Origin: a virus
IMG/VR virus record: IMGVR_UViG_3300027733_000032
Strand: one strand, 5' to 3'
Length of the DNA: 64,000 bases
Shown one piece after another: positions 61,144 through 64,000 of the stretch. The notes below the pieces were generated by a model. It saw only the letters and a program-made list of their open reading frames with translations. It was not told where the DNA came from and made no database searches. Position 1 is the stretch's first letter. Every line of letters begins with the position of its first letter. Both the position numbers and the translations under genes were made by a program.

Positions 61144-64000
61144 TTTTCGGCCTTGGGTTAAGTCTCGAATCTAAGGGCCTAGGGCCAAAAATTGGAACAC
61201 GACTTAGTGGTGGGCTTCGTGCAGCACCGCCAGGAATGTCATTTGTTGACATAACAGGAACCGTTGACGCAGATACAGACGGAATAGTGTTTGAAGGCAA
61301 GCCCGGTCTTGAACGACCCATAATCCCTAGATTCCTTGTACCTAAGAATCTTGCTCGCAAAATTTCTTCACTCACCGAAGGCGACGCCCTAGAAATAGAA
61401 AAGCAACGACGCAGTGGTGACGGCAATATTTCCTTTGACGAAACAAAACTTCGCTCAATTATTGAAAAAATTGGCGGAGACGTCAACTCCTTGAAGCCCG
61501 TGGACGATACAGCCGAAACCGGCATGCGTAGTGCGAACGCCTCAGACGGCCCGGATTTCCAAGAACCACCGATTGCCGATGTACCAGAACAGTTTGATGG
61601 TTTCTGGACCCCAGACGAAGAACAATTGCGCGACCTAGATAAGCGTTCTGGTCGCAGGACACCTCCTCCTCCTCCTGCCAATATCGGGCAGAAGTATGTA
61701 ATTTCACGGGATGATGATGGCGTTTATTTTGCGGAGAATATTTCAGCAGAAGATGTTTGGTCGCTTCGTTCCGGTGCATCAAAAGCGCCGAAGCGTCCTT
61801 TCTTTGCCCCACGTGGAGGCGGGAATAAGCCAGATAACGGCGAAGGTTATTACTTCTCTACAAACGGAAAACGCTATTGGGGCAAGTATGGCGCAGCGGG
61901 AGCGTTGGTCCGTCGTAAAAATTCAGACGGAGAATACGAATATTTTCTAGCGAGACGCGCTGATGGTATGTCGGTCGGTGGTGGCAAGTGGTCATTCCCT
62001 GGTGGGGCACACAAAGATAAAGAAAATTCAAAACTTCCAGGTGCTACTGCGATTGAAGAATTTGGCGAAGAGGTTGGTGGAGATATCTCTACACTCAAAC
62101 CAATTCACACCTACACAGACCAGGTTGCCCCTGACTGGAAATACGACACTTACGTGTTTGAGGTTGGGCCGGATGAACTGAATGACTTACGGTCGATGGA
62201 CGGCGAAAGCACTGATACGGGTTGGTTTACGGCATCTGACATTATACAAATGGCAGAAGACGACAAACTTCTAGAGTCATTCAAACGTTCAGCAAAAGAA
62301 GTATTTGCTCTTTCTGGAGATGAAGTCAAGGGCAATAAAACTACAAGAAAAATTAAAAAAACATTGAAGAAAATTAGTGGCGAAAAAGTTACTTCTTGGC
62401 AAGAAAAGATAAAAAAATACGAACCAATTGAACCAGAAGATTATTTTGATATCAATAATGAAATGCAGTCTGATTTTGGTATTTCTATTGGCCAAGTGAT
62501 GCAGGATGAATACGATGAAGGCGCATCTATTAAGGAGATTGCGGAAAACTGGGGAATTTCAGCCCATGAAGTTGAAAAATTGCTTAGTGAAAATAAAAAG
62601 GGCGGAATGTCATCAACTTCCGTCGGACAAATCATGCAGGATGAATACGACGAGGGTGCGTCAATAAAAGAAATTGCAGAAAATTGGGATATAACGACTC
62701 AAGAAGTTGAAGATTTTATGAGTCGACCACCTTCTGTCGGGATGTCATCTGCCAAAACGAATAGAGATTCACGAGGGCGCGACGCAACGCCAGCAAAAAA
62801 GAAAAAATTAGACTCCGTTATAGATTTTGTTATAGACAAAATTAGTCCAGTCACAGTAATCCAAGCATATATAGATTTTTCTGATAGACGACAGGAAAAA
62901 AAGAATCCAAGCCTTACGGCTGAACGTCTTGCAAGAGAAGAAAAAATGAAGTCAGGAGTCGATAAAGCAGGCAAATCAGGCATATCTATTGCTACAAAAA
63001 TGGCATTACCAGAGTACAAGACGCTTATGGAGAAAGTTTCCCTAAATGGGGAGACTGTTCTGGCAAGTACATCAGCAAGAACTGCCGAAGTTCAAAAACT
63101 TATCGACAATTTGGCATCAAAAGTTGATGGTGATTTGGATGGAATGGATTTCTCCAAAGGAAACTTCTCTGGCATTGATTTTAAAAATTACTCATTACGT
63201 AACGCAAGTTTCTTTGGCTCCACTCTTGATAAATCTAATTTTTCTGGATGCATTATTGACAGCGCCACTTTTGAAGATGCTTCTTTAATTGATGCAAATT
63301 TAAGCAAGATAAGTCAAGCATGGCGCATCGATTTCTCGGGAGCGAATCTAACAAATGCAGATTTAACCAAACTCAATATGCACTCCGCTCTATTGAACGA
63401 AACAAACCTTGAAGGGGCAAAACTTGATGGAGTAAATCTAATCATGGCTGACATTAGGGATATGGATTTCTCTAACGCTCGAAGCATGAGGGGTGTCTTG
63501 CTAGAAGAAGTACAGGGAGAAGGTGCAAACTTTGGTGGTCTCGATATGACCAACTCATCCTTTGTCTCCGCAAACTTGACAAACACTAATTTTAGTAATG
63601 CAAATTTAACTCGTTCAGATTTAAGAAACGCAAAACTGGATAAGGCTGATTTTAGTGGCGCAAACATGGAGGGTATTGAACTAGAAAAACCAGGTTTATC
63701 TCCATCCAGCATGAAAGAAACAAAATTTGACAATATGCCGACCAAGGGCGAAGAGGGCACCCCTTCGGGTATGAGTTCCCTTACGCGTCCCTATCGTGAT
63801 ACCAGTGATGAAGAGTTAAAGGCCCTGTACGAAAAATATTTACGTTACCTAGGCGGCCCTGGGGACAAGGGTGACAGCGATTTTACATACATGCGACGGT
63901 CAAAAGAATATGACAAAATTAAGAAAGAAATTGCTCGGCGTGAGAAAGATGGCAAAAAACCAAGCAAGGGAATGAGTTCTGAAACAAAGTTGCCAGGAAA
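61110..64000 (+). CDS. Giant multidomain protein in the -1 frame of the protease (NUDIX, 2x HTH, pentapeptide repeats; GM[SR]S linkers), runs off the window
   Basis: Manually translated: no stop from 61110 to 64000; RYWGKYGAAG...PGG...EEFGEEVG NUDIX; duplicated DEYDEGASIKEIAENW HTH; A(D/N)LxxA pentapeptide array. Confidence 0.85.
61122..61178 (+). promoter_or_regulatory. Predicted programmed -1 ribosomal frameshift signal
   Basis: In-frame A-AAA-AAA (61122-61128), 7-nt spacer, stem GCCCTTAG (61136-43) / CTAAGGGC (61171-78). Confidence 0.7.

Noticed and set aside
61965-61976. DGMSV as an additional GM[SR]S linker
   Set aside because: It lies inside the NUDIX fold and lacks the final Ser; probably coincidental.
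61106-63760. Minus-strand ORFs in the track (61106, 61483, 61874, 62699, 63314)
   Set aside because: Shadows of the uninterrupted plus-strand frame, which carries recognisable NUDIX, HTH and pentapeptide domains.

Overview
A 64-kb segment of a large tailed dsDNA bacteriophage with a contractile (myovirus-type) tail. The host is probably actinobacterial, inferred from several leaderless TAnnnT-start genes and a class II RNR. Left to right: (1) 1-3.3 kb, minus strand: a tailoring-enzyme cluster (flavin-dependent Trp-halogenase-like, methyltransferase-like, 2OG-Fe(II) dioxygenase). (2) 3.3-16 kb: many Gly-rich, His-rich and collagen-like fibre/decoration genes and a putative holin. (3) 16-40 kb: baseplate wedge, J and gp25, an ACP-like protein, an S74-chaperone fibre, spike, hub, tube initiator, tape measure, frameshifted tail chaperone, tube, sheath, terminator and neck genes. 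(4) 40-56 kb: ParB plus an intein-containing PAPS-reductase-like pair, NrdJ, a D-arm-less tRNA-like RNA, a plus-strand island with a histone-like protein, RuvC, HNH, a PD-(D/E)XK exonuclease and Rad52/Sak. (5) TerL on the minus strand, divergent from portal and prohead protease on the plus strand. The most striking feature is missed by the ORF track. The protease ends in A-AAA-AAA followed 7 nt later by a hairpin, and the -1 frame stays open for more than 960 codons to the window edge. It encodes NUDIX, 2x HTH and pentapeptide-repeat modules, with a recurring G-M-[S/R]-S linker that falls mostly at module boundaries. This suggests a frameshift-controlled, head-packaged, protease-processed effector polyprotein. 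All calls come from manual motif recognition; no database searches were run.
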